This document shows positions 19,677-29,153 of a stretch of DNA of 64,000 bases, in pieces. The notes under the pieces are model-generated. The model searched no databases. It saw only the letters and a program-made list of their open reading frames with translations, and had not been told where the DNA came from. The DNA is from Nitrososphaerota archaeon (GTDB lineage Archaea; Thermoproteota; EX4484-205; JAAOZP01): NCBI GenBank assembly GCA_011605725.1, contig JAAOZP010000017.1, forward strand, positions 160,001 through 224,000. Reading direction: 5' to 3'. How positions within the stretch are numbered: position 1 is the stretch's first letter; every line of letters starts with the position of its first letter. The translations under genes and the position numbers were made by a program.

Positions 19677-20512
19677 GCAACGGGTTTGAAAACCCATATG
19701 TGCCTGCTTTCGCAAAAGTCGTAGAGGTTAGGAACGAGAACAGTATTACAAAGACCTTTACAATGAGCATGTTGAACGGCGAGGCTTTAAGGTTTAGGCC
19801 AGGCCAGTTCAACATAGTATCATACTTCGGAGTTGGGGAATCAGCCTTCTCCATTTGTTCAAACCCTGAGGAGAGAAACACGTTTGAAAACACCGTCAGG
19901 AGAGTTGGCAGAGTCACCACGGCGCTTTTCAACGTTAAGCCTGGAGACGTTCTTGGAATCAGAGGACCCTATGGGAAACCATGGCCGCTTGAGAAGGCTG
20001 CGGGTAACGATCTTATACTGATAGCAGGAGGTATGGGTCTGGCCCCGTTAAGACCAGTGATACACTACGTAGCTAGGCACAGAGACCTCTATGGCTCCGT
20101 GGACCTACTTTACGGCGCTAGAACCCCTGACGACATGATATACACTTATGAGTTTGAATCGTGGAGAAACATTCCTAACATGCGTCTCTATCTTACTGTA
20201 GACTATGTTCCTCAAAACGTTAAATGGGAACACGATGTGGGAGTAGTCACTGAGCTGTTAAGATATGTGAAGCCGCGGATGCGTTACACCACGGTCTTCG
20301 TATGCGGGCCGGAAGTGATGATGAAGTTCACTGCGCAGCTGCTGCTTAGAATGGGCTTCTACCCGTCTGAGGTCTATCTCTCGCTGGAAAGGAGGATGAA
20401 GTGTGGAATAGGGAAGTGTGGACACTGTCAGATAGGCTACAAGTATGTTTGCAAGGACGGGCCCGTGTTCAACCTGGAGGAGATTGGCCTCCTTCCAGAC
20501 GTGATTGAGTGA
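19673..20512 (+). CDS. hydG: Group 3b sulfhydrogenase gamma subunit (FAD/NAD(P))
   Basis: FRPGQF, RGPYG, AGGMGLAP, CGPE, MKCGIGKCGHC..CKDGPVF. Confidence 0.88.
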   Translation: MSNGFENPYVPAFAKVVEVRNENSITKTFTMSMLNGEALRFRPGQFNIVSYFGVGESAFSICSNPEERNTFENTVRRVGRVTTALFNVKPGDVLGIRGPYGKPWPLEKAAGNDLILIAGGMGLAPLRPVIHYVARHRDLYGSVDLLYGARTPDDMIYTYEFESWRNIPNMRLYLTVDYVPQNVKWEHDVGVVTELLRYVKPRMRYTTVFVCGPEVMMKFTAQLLLRMGFYPSEVYLSLERRMKCGIGKCGHCQIGYKYVCKDGPVFNLEEIGLLPDVIE

Positions 20513-21273
20513 GGTGGTTGAAAATGGTTGATAAGCTTAAGGTTGGAGTCTTCAAGCTCACATCCTGCTCAGGATGCCAAATGGTTCTAGTTCACCTGGA
20601 GGAAAGCCTGCTTGAAGTTCTTAAGCATATTGATTTAAAGTATTTCAGAATGGTTAGTGACGATGATCTCCCTAACGAGCCTCTTGATGCAGCGCTTGTT
20701 GAAGGCGCGGTTACTAATGAGGAGGAGGCTGCGATGCTGAAAAAGATTAGAAGGCTGTCGAGATTCCTGGTTGCAACCGGAGCCTGCGCAGCCACCGGTG
20801 GGGTCAACGCGATGAAGAACATTACTCCTGAAGGAGAGGTTGAAAGCATAGTCTACTCTTCGCCTGAATACGTAAGGTCCGGAAAAGCATTCGGGTTGAA
20901 TGAATACGTCAAGGTCGACGCATACTTATACGGATGCCCCATAGACAGGAATGAACTCGTCAACACGCTTATGTCACTAGTGCTTCGTGTCCCGCCGTAC
21001 ATACCTGGTTTAACCGTATGCATGGAGTGTAAGATGAAGGGTAACGAGTGTGTTTTCCTTACGAGAAGGGAGCCGTGCCTCGGCCCGGTTACAGTAGGAG
21101 GCTGCGGCGCACTATGTCCCTCGAACAACGTGGCTTGTGAAGGTTGCAGGGGTGTTTTGAAAGGCACTAACGTGAACGGCTTAGTATCAGCCTGGGAGAA
21201 AGCAGGAGTAAGCCCTGAGCTCATCCGGATCAAGCTCAGGAAGTACACGGTTTATCCGGTTGCTGGAAGGTGA
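20509..21273 (+). CDS. hydD: Group 3b hydrogenase small (delta) subunit
   Basis: LTSCSGCQ, GACA, GCP, VCMEC, CLGPVT.GGCGALCP..CEGCRG. Confidence 0.88.
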   Translation: MRWLKMVDKLKVGVFKLTSCSGCQMVLVHLEESLLEVLKHIDLKYFRMVSDDDLPNEPLDAALVEGAVTNEEEAAMLKKIRRLSRFLVATGACAATGGVNAMKNITPEGEVESIVYSSPEYVRSGKAFGLNEYVKVDAYLYGCPIDRNELVNTLMSLVLRVPPYIPGLTVCMECKMKGNECVFLTRREPCLGPVTVGGCGALCPSNNVACEGCRGVLKGTNVNGLVSAWEKAGVSPELIRIKLRKYTVYPVAGR

Positions 21274-21279
21274 TGCAGC

Positions 21280-22566
21280 ATGGCTGACAGAACTATAGTC
21301 TACGAGTATATTAGCAGGGTTGAGGGACAGGGCTCGCTAGAGGTTACAATCTCAGGCGGCGAGGTTGTGGATGCTAAGCTGAAAATATTTGAAGCACCAA
21401 GGTTCTTCGAAGCATTCCTTAGAGGCAGGAAGGCTCTTGAACTGCCTGAATTAACCGCCAGAATATGCGGAATATGCCCCATAGCTCACGTGATAACCGC
21501 GGCAAAAGCTGTTGAAAACGCTCTAGAAATCGCTCTAGACGAGAAGACCATAGCGTTGAGAAAGGCGCTAGCCCTCTCCGGAATAATGCAGAGCCACGCG
21601 CTCCACGTATATTTCCTAGCAGCCCCCGACTTCCTCGGCTACCCGAGCGCGATAGCAGCCTCAAAGGATCTTGCAGACGTTGTGCGCAGAGGCTTCAGGC
21701 TGAAAAGAGTTGCGAACATGGTTTCCGAATACATAGGCGGGAGGGCTGTGCACCCTGTAACTCTTACGGTAGGAGGCTTCACCAAGCCTCCTCATGCCGA
21801 CGGATTAGAGAAGGTTCATAATGCTCTTGAAAACGCTTTAAGAGACGCTTTAGAAACAGTTAAGCTTGTCTCAGGCTTCAACTACCCTGAGTTTGAGCCT
21901 AACCACGTTAACGTTGCGCTTTCCAGTGGAGACGGATACGCGATAACTGAAGGCTTTGCGAAAGCAAGTTCCGGAGAATATTTTGAAAGCAGGGATTATC
22001 GGAGATACGTGTCTGAGGAGCAGGTTCCCCATTCAAACACGAAGAGGTCGATGTTTAAAAACAATAGTGCCTTCGAAGTAGGCCCGGTTTCAAGGTTCAA
22101 TCTCAACTATGAGTCGCTCTGCAACACGGCTAAGGAGGCTGCTGAGAAAGCCGGCATAAAGCCACCTGTGAAGAATCCTTTCAAGTCGACAATCGTCAGG
22201 GCTGTTGAAATAGTGCAGGCGATAGAGGAGATGAGGAGCATACTGGGAGAGGGAGTAAGTATCCCGCCCCCAAGGAAAACCAGGTTCCGACAGAGCAGCG
22301 GTTCAGCGTTGACTGAAGCGCCTAGAGGGCTATTATACCACTCTTACTCCATCGACAGGGATGGCAACGTTTTGAATGCTGACATCGTTACCCCGACTGC
22401 TCATAATTCTTGGAGAATAGAGAGGGATGTTTTCGAACTGGTTCCCTCAGTAGCCCACTTGGATGACGAGTCTCTAAAAAGGTTGCTCGGCATGCTTGTG
22501 AGAGCTTACGACCCATGCATATCCTGCTCCGTCCACGCGTTCACCGTTAAGCTTAACAGGACGTAG
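21280..22566 (+). CDS. hydA: Group 3b [NiFe]-hydrogenase large (alpha) subunit
   Basis: SRVEG, ARICGICPIAH, DPCISCSVH plus short tail. Confidence 0.9.
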   Translation: MADRTIVYEYISRVEGQGSLEVTISGGEVVDAKLKIFEAPRFFEAFLRGRKALELPELTARICGICPIAHVITAAKAVENALEIALDEKTIALRKALALSGIMQSHALHVYFLAAPDFLGYPSAIAASKDLADVVRRGFRLKRVANMVSEYIGGRAVHPVTLTVGGFTKPPHADGLEKVHNALENALRDALETVKLVSGFNYPEFEPNHVNVALSSGDGYAITEGFAKASSGEYFESRDYRRYVSEEQVPHSNTKRSMFKNNSAFEVGPVSRFNLNYESLCNTAKEAAEKAGIKPPVKNPFKSTIVRAVEIVQAIEEMRSILGEGVSIPPPRKTRFRQSSGSALTEAPRGLLYHSYSIDRDGNVLNADIVTPTAHNSWRIERDVFELVPSVAHLDDESLKRLLGMLVRAYDPCISCSVHAFTVKLNRT

Positions 22567-22585
22567 GCACAGGGGCTTTAAACTC

Positions 22586-23104
22586 CTACTCTCTTTTTAA
22601 AAGACCTGTAAACTCAGCGGCTTCACGTATAGCTTCAGCCACCTTACTAACATTTTTAAGACATTCCTGGGAAACAGTGGAGCCGAGTTCAAAGTTCTCC
22701 ACGCCTATTCCCAGGATTTTTACGCTTGTTTCCACGGGTTTCCCTAAAGCCTCTAGAAGCAAGGGGAGTGGTATCGCGTGTGTTGAAACCGGTGTTTCCC
22801 GCTTCAAGTCGGCAGGATCCAGGAGCATCAGCCTGTTCCCGTCTGGGAAAACATCCACAATAAGCAGGTGCGAAGGCTTCTCTCCGAAAGCGTAGTCGAT
22901 GCAGTCTTCAACCGTAGCCCCGCATTCAACCACCTTAAACCTTTTGCTGTTGAAAACCCTAAGGGCCCTAGCCACTAGTAGACCGGCAGCATCATCACCC
23001 CTAAGCTCGTTCCCAACCCCTAGGACAATAAGCTTCTCCGCCCCGGCCAGCCATCCTCTTAAGGCGTTTTCAACCAGCTTGTACTGAGAATCCCTATCCT
23101 GCAT
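22586..23104 (-). CDS. Hydrogenase maturation protease (HycI-like)
   Basis: LGVGNELRGDDAAG, STHAIPL; start re-assigned to ATG 23104. Confidence 0.88.
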   Translation of the reverse strand: MQDRDSQYKLVENALRGWLAGAEKLIVLGVGNELRGDDAAGLLVARALRVFNSKRFKVVECGATVEDCIDYAFGEKPSHLLIVDVFPDGNRLMLLDPADLKRETPVSTHAIPLPLLLEALGKPVETSVKILGIGVENFELGSTVSQECLKNVSKVAEAIREAAEFTGLLKRE

Positions 23105-23185
23105 GAACAGGGTTTGAAAAACCCTGGGAGGCTTATTAGTGTTCCGCGTAAAAGCTATATATTTTAGAAACGTTTTAAAAACGGG

Positions 23186-23461
23186 TTGAACGAGGAAAAG
23201 GTTTACGTGGGGAACGTGAGGCACTTCTTCCCAAGGATTAGCGTGGCCATAGTTGACCTTGTCCGGGAGCTTAAGACTGGTGACGAGATACTTATTCAGG
23301 GCAGGACAACAAGCCTCAGGCAGAAGGTTGAGTCGATGGAGATAGAGCATAAGAGGGTTGAGGTTGCTCCAGCAGGCAGCTCAATAGGCTTGAAGACTGT
23401 TGAAAGGGTTAGGGAGGGAGATAGCGTGTACGTTGTCAAGACTTCAGCCCAAGCTCCCTAA
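23186..23461 (+). CDS. Small beta-barrel protein ('translation elongation factor-like'/U32 C-terminal-like)
   Basis: VGNVRHFFPRISVA..LKTGD..QKVESMEIEH..VREGDSVY. Confidence 0.8.
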   Translation: MNEEKVYVGNVRHFFPRISVAIVDLVRELKTGDEILIQGRTTSLRQKVESMEIEHKRVEVAPAGSSIGLKTVERVREGDSVYVVKTSAQAP

Positions 23462-24392
23462 GCCTCTCCTCAATACTCAGCTTAACAGCCTCCCTGCTCG
23501 TGTGCCTCGGCCTCCAGCCGGTTGCTTTAATCCTACTTATATCCAGGTTCATGAGCTTAACATCCCCAATCCAGCCTCTGCCGTTTTCAACACCCCCGGT
23601 GAAAACCTTCTCAACGCTGCTTAACCCCATTGACTCTATAACCATGTCGGCAATCTCGGATACGGTGACCCAATCATCAGAGCCAATGTTGTAAACCTCG
23701 TAGCCAGAGGCTTCGACAAGCCTTGAAACGTGGAGAACAGCCTCGACACAGTCGCCAACCCAGATGTATGACTTCCTCTGCGAACCGTCGCCAAGGATTT
23801 CAAGCCTCCCAGGGTTCTGCAGAAGCTTATTGATGAAGTCATGCACCACTCCGTGCGTAAGCCTTGGGCCGACAACGTTTGCAAGCCTTAGGGAAACACC
23901 TGACATTCCAAACGTGTAGCAGTAGGATGAAACAAGGCCCTCGGCTGCAAGCTTAGCAGCCCCGTAAAGGGAGATGGGTTTCAGCGGACCATACTCCTCA
24001 GGCGTAGGGATCTTGGAAGCATCACCGTAGACCGTTGAGGAGGATGCGAAGACAAACATTCTCACCCCTGCTTTCCTAGCGTATTCAAGCATGTTGAAAG
24101 TCGCTACAACGTTCTCCTGGAAATGAATGGAGGGAGAGGTTTCCCTGACGTCAGGGTTTGCGGCGAAATGGAAAACATACTCAACATTACCCTCCTCGCT
24201 GAGAAGGTCGACAGTCTTAGCGTCTCCAATTATGATCCTCAGCCTTCCCGTTTTAAAAGCATTCGCAATGTTTTCAAACCGGCCTGTTGAAAAATTGTCT
24301 AAAACAGTAACGTTCCAACCTTCTTCAACAAGCCTGTCAACAAGATGGCTGCCGATGAAGCCCGCGCCACCAGTCACCAAGGCGGAAGGCAT
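23436..24392 (-). CDS. NAD-dependent epimerase/dehydratase (GalE-like extended SDR)
   Basis: VTGGAGFIGSH, SSSTVYG, YGAAK. Confidence 0.9.
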   Translation of the reverse strand: MPSALVTGGAGFIGSHLVDRLVEEGWNVTVLDNFSTGRFENIANAFKTGRLRIIIGDAKTVDLLSEEGNVEYVFHFAANPDVRETSPSIHFQENVVATFNMLEYARKAGVRMFVFASSSTVYGDASKIPTPEEYGPLKPISLYGAAKLAAEGLVSSYCYTFGMSGVSLRLANVVGPRLTHGVVHDFINKLLQNPGRLEILGDGSQRKSYIWVGDCVEAVLHVSRLVEASGYEVYNIGSDDWVTVSEIADMVIESMGLSSVEKVFTGGVENGRGWIGDVKLMNLDISRIKATGWRPRHTSREAVKLSIEERLRELGLKS

Positions 24393-24398
24393 TCCAGA

Positions 24399-25643
24399 TC
24401 ACCCTAGAAGCGTTGCTGAAACACCTGGACCCACGCCGGTCGTGAAAACACTCTGGGCTCCGGCTCTTCGGAAAGCCTCCTCAACCCTAGGCGCGTCATC
24501 CATATTCCTCACGAGCGCAAGTAGCGAGCCCCCCATGCCTGCACCAGATATTTTAACCCCGAGGGCACCAGCTTCTAGAGCAGAGTCACGCATTGCTTCA
24601 AGCTTCTCATGGCTAACTTCATAAAGATCCCTGAGCAGGATGTGCTGCAGGTTAACTATCTCCCCGAGCGCGTGAAGCCAGTTCTCAACTGGTTTCAAGC
24701 CCAGCCTCTCTAAATCTCGCCTATTAACCATCCTGTACTTAAGGATTTGAAGCGCAGCCTCAGTGGAGGCCTGCATCCTTAGGGTGAAAAGGATTCTTGA
24801 GGCGAGCCTCGGCGGGATCACGCTAAGCAAGTCTTTTAAATGCTCTTCCCTAATCGTCCTCCAATCCACACTGGCAAAGTCTCCATCAAGCATTCTCGAC
24901 AAGGAGCCGCGCGAAGCCTCCCTAAGCATTTTTAATGCAGCGTTAAGCTCAGACTGCCTAACAGGATGTATTTCAGCAGTACTATGCCTTATACCCGAGT
25001 CGGCTACTGTGAAAAAGATTCCTTCACCGTTAAACTCCTCTACACTTATGCTGGGTTTAAAGTCAAGCTTCACTATACCACCGTATGAAGCAGCATACTG
25101 GTCAAGCCTGCCGCAGGGAATACCCATGACGTTGTGCTCAGCCTCGAATGCGAGCTCAGCCAGCTCCATCCTGTTTAAACCGAGACCTAAAAGCTCCGAG
25201 TACATCGCAGCAAGTGAAACATGGAGCGCAGCACTGCTCGCCAAGCCTGAGGCGACAGGCACCTCACTGTCAACATAGATCGCTAAGCCAGCCTTAACCA
25301 TCCCATATTTCTGCGAAACAAGCTTGTGAAGGGAACGGAAATAATTTCCAAACCACTTCCCTTTCAAAAGCTCAACCTCATCGGATTGAAAAGCATCATT
25401 GCTCTCAACACCTTCTTTTTCAAGCGTCAACGACTTGACCCTTACAACACCCGGCTCACTCAGCTTTGAGCAGACTATGAACGTTCTCTTCCAAATAGCT
25501 GCGGGAACAACCGGAAGCATCTTATAATCCTGATGCGTATTAAGAAAGTCGCACCGGGCTGGAGCTGAGGAAAAACATGTTACGTTGCCGTTTTCAGCCT
25601 TAGCCCTTTCGAAAACCTCCTTGGCGAGACCACACAGTCGCAT
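24399..25643 (-). CDS. GHMP sugar kinase (galactokinase-like)
   Basis: SAPARCDFLNTHQDY, PVASGLASSAA, PCGRLDQ, KISGAGMGG. Confidence 0.85.
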   Translation of the reverse strand: MRLCGLAKEVFERAKAENGNVTCFSSAPARCDFLNTHQDYKMLPVVPAAIWKRTFIVCSKLSEPGVVRVKSLTLEKEGVESNDAFQSDEVELLKGKWFGNYFRSLHKLVSQKYGMVKAGLAIYVDSEVPVASGLASSAALHVSLAAMYSELLGLGLNRMELAELAFEAEHNVMGIPCGRLDQYAASYGGIVKLDFKPSISVEEFNGEGIFFTVADSGIRHSTAEIHPVRQSELNAALKMLREASRGSLSRMLDGDFASVDWRTIREEHLKDLLSVIPPRLASRILFTLRMQASTEAALQILKYRMVNRRDLERLGLKPVENWLHALGEIVNLQHILLRDLYEVSHEKLEAMRDSALEAGALGVKISGAGMGGSLLALVRNMDDAPRVEEAFRRAGAQSVFTTGVGPGVSATLLG

Positions 25644-25920
25644 CAAGACTGTTTGCTGCCGAACGGCTTTAAGCTTTTTCAAAGAGCCTTGAACAAATAT
25701 TATTTTTCACGAAAAAGGCGACTTACAGATTCGTTAATAAGGCTTCTCTCACCAGCGCGTGCTACGAGAATAGGGAGATCAACGGGACCGATATTGGGAG
25801 AATAAAGTATACGATGGTTAAGAATAATTCATGATTTTAGACGGAATAATTGGAAGCTGCGCGCGTTAAGTCTCAGCCATGGTTTCAATGAACCCGTTAA
25901 AATCCTTACCCATTATTTTT

Positions 25921-26286
25921 TCAGACTATTCTGAATCCTCCGATGTTAACCCGGGAGAATGAGGCGCGCCATGAATTAGCCTCCTTCACGCTGAAACTGG
26001 GTTGTTCAAGCAGATTCTTGTCAGAATGATAGACTAGTGTGACGACTGGTTTTCTAAGTAAGCCGCCGCTGGACAGCTTAACCTGCTCCAGAACGTTCAG
26101 TGGTATTTCAAGCCTGATGACTGTCCTCCTGTTCCTTCTGCCGACGTATTCCTCGAAAAAAATCCTGTGAGTTGTTAAAACCAGCATGCCTTTCAAAGGT
26201 GCTTCTAAGAACGTTGAGCCTCCGATGAACCTTGCAGGCCCCTCGTAAACAAGGCTTTCACCCGTCGGAAGCTTCCTTTCAGACAC
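25921..26286 (-). CDS. PH/GRAM-like domain protein
   Basis: GMLVLTTHRIFF...EIPL..L..V pattern and C-terminal W-containing helix. Confidence 0.6.
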   Translation of the reverse strand: MSERKLPTGESLVYEGPARFIGGSTFLEAPLKGMLVLTTHRIFFEEYVGRRNRRTVIRLEIPLNVLEQVKLSSGGLLRKPVVTLVYHSDKNLLEQPSFSVKEANSWRASFSRVNIGGFRIV

Positions 26287-26427
26287 TCCTCCACCACCTC
26301 GTTCCTAATCCTTTCAGCTTTAAACGCTAGAAGTAGGTTTTAACTTTTTAGCTAGACGTTTTAAACCTGGAGAAACCCTGAGTAAAAACATATCTATATC
26401 CGGTGTGTAGCTTAACTAGGAGTAGTC

Positions 26428-27000
26428 TTGTCAGAAAGTGGGGAGGAAGAGACCCAGAGGCTGGCAGACCTGAAGAAATACTTAGCCGGGAAAAAAGCCG
26501 AGCTTGAGGAGGAGCTTGAAAAACTAGACGGCTTGATGCAGATCGTGGATGATCTTCTAGCTTCTAAGAGCTTTAAAACAGGGGCTGAGATGATGAAGAA
26601 GGCTGAAGCTGAATCTGTTGTTCAAAAAATTGAGCTCACGTATAAGAATACTAAGGTTGGAGAAATAGAGGTCTACCAGACTTACGCCAAGGTTATTCCG
26701 CTGCCGGAGCTTAAGCTTAACACGGCAGTCTCTCCGTTTGAAGCCTTCCTGGTTAGAAAGGTTCTGGAGCCTATGAGGGAGAGGGATGTGGAACGGGCTG
26801 CTAAAAACGAGCTTAGACCTGACCAAATGTTCTCCTATGACATTCTGGAGGAAAACGGTTTGTTGAAAGCAATTATCCTCCGGAATTTTAGGGATAAGAT
26901 AAGGTTGAAGGAGCTGGCGAACTCGATCTCGTGGACGTTTTTCAGAATGGCTGAGAAGGAGCAGCGGGTTGCAGGCTCTCCCGGAGAAAGCGGACAGTAA
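26428..27000 (+). CDS. Hypothetical protein with N-terminal coiled coil
   Basis: 190-aa ORF, typical composition, fills gap between genes. Confidence 0.75.
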   Translation: MSESGEEETQRLADLKKYLAGKKAELEEELEKLDGLMQIVDDLLASKSFKTGAEMMKKAEAESVVQKIELTYKNTKVGEIEVYQTYAKVIPLPELKLNTAVSPFEAFLVRKVLEPMRERDVERAAKNELRPDQMFSYDILEENGLLKAIILRNFRDKIRLKELANSISWTFFRMAEKEQRVAGSPGESGQ

Positions 27001-27031
27001 AGCCTGATTTCGAATGAGGGAACCATTCACC

Positions 27032-27664
27032 CTAGTGTGAGCCTAATTCCATTCTTCTTACTTCACCGTTTGGACGCGTCTCCTCGAAAACGACCGCTTC
27101 GAACCTGTAGACCCTGGTTTTCTCGTCAAGCCAGCAGCCAGGTGGCAAGCCTGCTTTAACACAAGTGTAGGATAGAAAGGTTTCTGGATCCCAGTTCTCC
27201 TCAACAGCAACCTGAGGTAGGAGAAGGCCCCTGTTAAAGCCGCGTTCAACGATAAGCCCATCCCTACCTATTTTAACCTCCTTCAGAAGCATCCTCCTGT
27301 CTTTAACGTCTAAAAGTCGCGGAGGAGTTAAAACGCTCACATCTATAACGATCATGCTCATTTCTTCAAGCGACACAGGCGGGAACCGCGGGTCCTCAAC
27401 CGCTGCAGCCACAGCAGCCTCTATCAACGCTTCCACCAAGGGTTTAACAGGCTCTGGGAAGCCTATGCAGCCCCTGAGCTCTTTACTTTCCGACCCCTCT
27501 GGGCCTATGAGCCTGTTAAGGGTGACGAAGACCCCGCAAGGCTCGTAGAAAACATCTTTCAGGTCAGCTGGGGGGCTTAAAATTTTTTCATCCCTTAGAT
27601 ATGTCTCCACGGCTTTCCTCGCAATCTTGACTAGCAGCCTACCGTCCTCCAGAGACAGTTCCAT
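27032..27664 (-). CDS. AMMECR1-domain protein (AmmeMemoRadiSam protein A/TIGR00296)
   Basis: GVFVTL, LRGCIG, DPRF, GLLLPQV, C.KAGL. Confidence 0.93.
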   Translation of the reverse strand: MELSLEDGRLLVKIARKAVETYLRDEKILSPPADLKDVFYEPCGVFVTLNRLIGPEGSESKELRGCIGFPEPVKPLVEALIEAAVAAAVEDPRFPPVSLEEMSMIVIDVSVLTPPRLLDVKDRRMLLKEVKIGRDGLIVERGFNRGLLLPQVAVEENWDPETFLSYTCVKAGLPPGCWLDEKTRVYRFEAVVFEETRPNGEVRRMELGSH

Positions 27665-27709
27665 CAGAATAATGTTTCAAAAGACTGTTAAAAGGATTAT
27701 GGATAGGCT

Positions 27710-28825
27710 TCACGGCCTATCTTTAAGAGAATCCTTGTTAAAGATGAAGACCCTTATGAAGCCGGATAAGAGTATTGTAAACCAGAGCGGAGAGTAAACG
27801 AAGTATAGAAAGGCGAATCTGGCCAAGTTGAACCTGAACCCCATTTCTCTCGCAATCCTGTAGTAAAATATTGAGAAGAACGCGAAAGCAGCTATTAGCG
27901 CTATCAACGTTTTGGTGAAGAGAAGCAGTATTTTGACAAAAAGCCCGTATGAAAATATTGTTGCAAAAGGCAGAAGACCAGAGTATAGTGAGGAGAACGT
28001 GAGCAGCCCAACCCATATGAGCCTGTCCTCTAGAAGAGTATTCAGGAAGAACGTTATCGTGAAGGAGGCTAGTGAAGGAAGTACTAGGAATAACAGTAAC
28101 AGTATTAACGATGGCTCTTCCCTAATTATTTTTAAAAGCGTGCGCCAATTCTCCTTAACCCAGACAGCAGCACCTATGCCCCATCTTACACGCTGCTTAA
28201 ACCACTCTCTCCAGCCTGATGGAGCATAGTTTATCACGCTGGGATTCTTCAGGAAGCCGAAGCGTAGCCCAGTCACATAACTTCTAATACCGAGGTCGAA
28301 GTCATCCGGTATCTTAGGCCTGAAGCCCCCTATTTTCTCGTAAGCCGACCTCCATATTGCGAAGGCTGCACCGTTTAAACCAAGGCATCTTCCAGTTCTA
28401 CTTGCGAGAAGCATGCTTCCATAGTTGAAAGACATGAATTCATAGTTCACCGTCTGAGCCAGCAGCCCTTCCCCCTCCACAGTTTTCATGAACTCCCCGA
28501 TCTCAAACCCCTTCATCGACTCCACAGCCCTAGAAAGAAAGCCTTCGCCAGTTATACACACGTCGTCATCCAGAAATATGAGAAGCTCTCCCGACGACTG
28601 TCTAAAAGCCTCTATAAGGGCACTCACCCTTCCCTCCCTACTTTGACGGAAAATAGTTTTCACAGGCTGATGCCTAAGCCTCTCAGCAACCTCTGGAGAC
28701 GGGGCGTCTACAACAACCAGCACCTCCTTGTTACGGTAATCGTCTTCAGCAAGCTTGTTAACAAGCTCAACGAGCCGTGGAGAGCCTTTGAACGACGGGA
28801 TTATCACTGATACTTTCACGTTCAT
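27710..28825 (-). CDS. GT2 glycosyltransferase with C-terminal TM helices
   Basis: VSVIIP, FLDDD, DDFDLG, QRVRW (QxxRW). Confidence 0.88.
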   Translation of the reverse strand: MNVKVSVIIPSFKGSPRLVELVNKLAEDDYRNKEVLVVVDAPSPEVAERLRHQPVKTIFRQSREGRVSALIEAFRQSSGELLIFLDDDVCITGEGFLSRAVESMKGFEIGEFMKTVEGEGLLAQTVNYEFMSFNYGSMLLASRTGRCLGLNGAAFAIWRSAYEKIGGFRPKIPDDFDLGIRSYVTGLRFGFLKNPSVINYAPSGWREWFKQRVRWGIGAAVWVKENWRTLLKIIREEPSLILLLLFLVLPSLASFTITFFLNTLLEDRLIWVGLLTFSSLYSGLLPFATIFSYGLFVKILLLFTKTLIALIAAFAFFSIFYYRIAREMGFRFNLARFAFLYFVYSPLWFTILLSGFIRVFIFNKDSLKDRP

Positions 28826-29153
28826 CTTCCGACACTGCTTTAGGCTTTAACCAACTTGAAAAAGGTATTAAAAGTTTTAACCACTATTTTAGAAGCGCTC
28901 TCCCCATTTTTGAAACTCCTGATGCATGGGGTAATCCTCGAGCGCTCCCCATGAAAAATGTTTAGCGAATCCCCTTTCTTAAACCCATTCTTTCCATCCG
29001 AATAAAGTCGGCTGATCTTTTCCATGACAATAGAGCAATGCTTGTAAATAGCCGTATCTTAATGAAGCCCTGTCTCGCGCGCTATGCGCATAAAAATACT
29101 CAGAAAAAGTTAAAACCTCTTTCCCAGGGATTTTACGGAAAAGGTGAACGGGA

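Noticed and set aside
23105-23350. Long N-terminal extensions in the ORF track (protease; likewise acs, isomerase, adhesin)
   Set aside because: They overlap neighbouring genes or promoters; family motifs begin at later starts.
28840-29025. 61-aa ORF between the GT2 gene and pfk
   Set aside because: No recognisable motif; it overlaps the likely GT2 promoter and is probably filler or a remnant.
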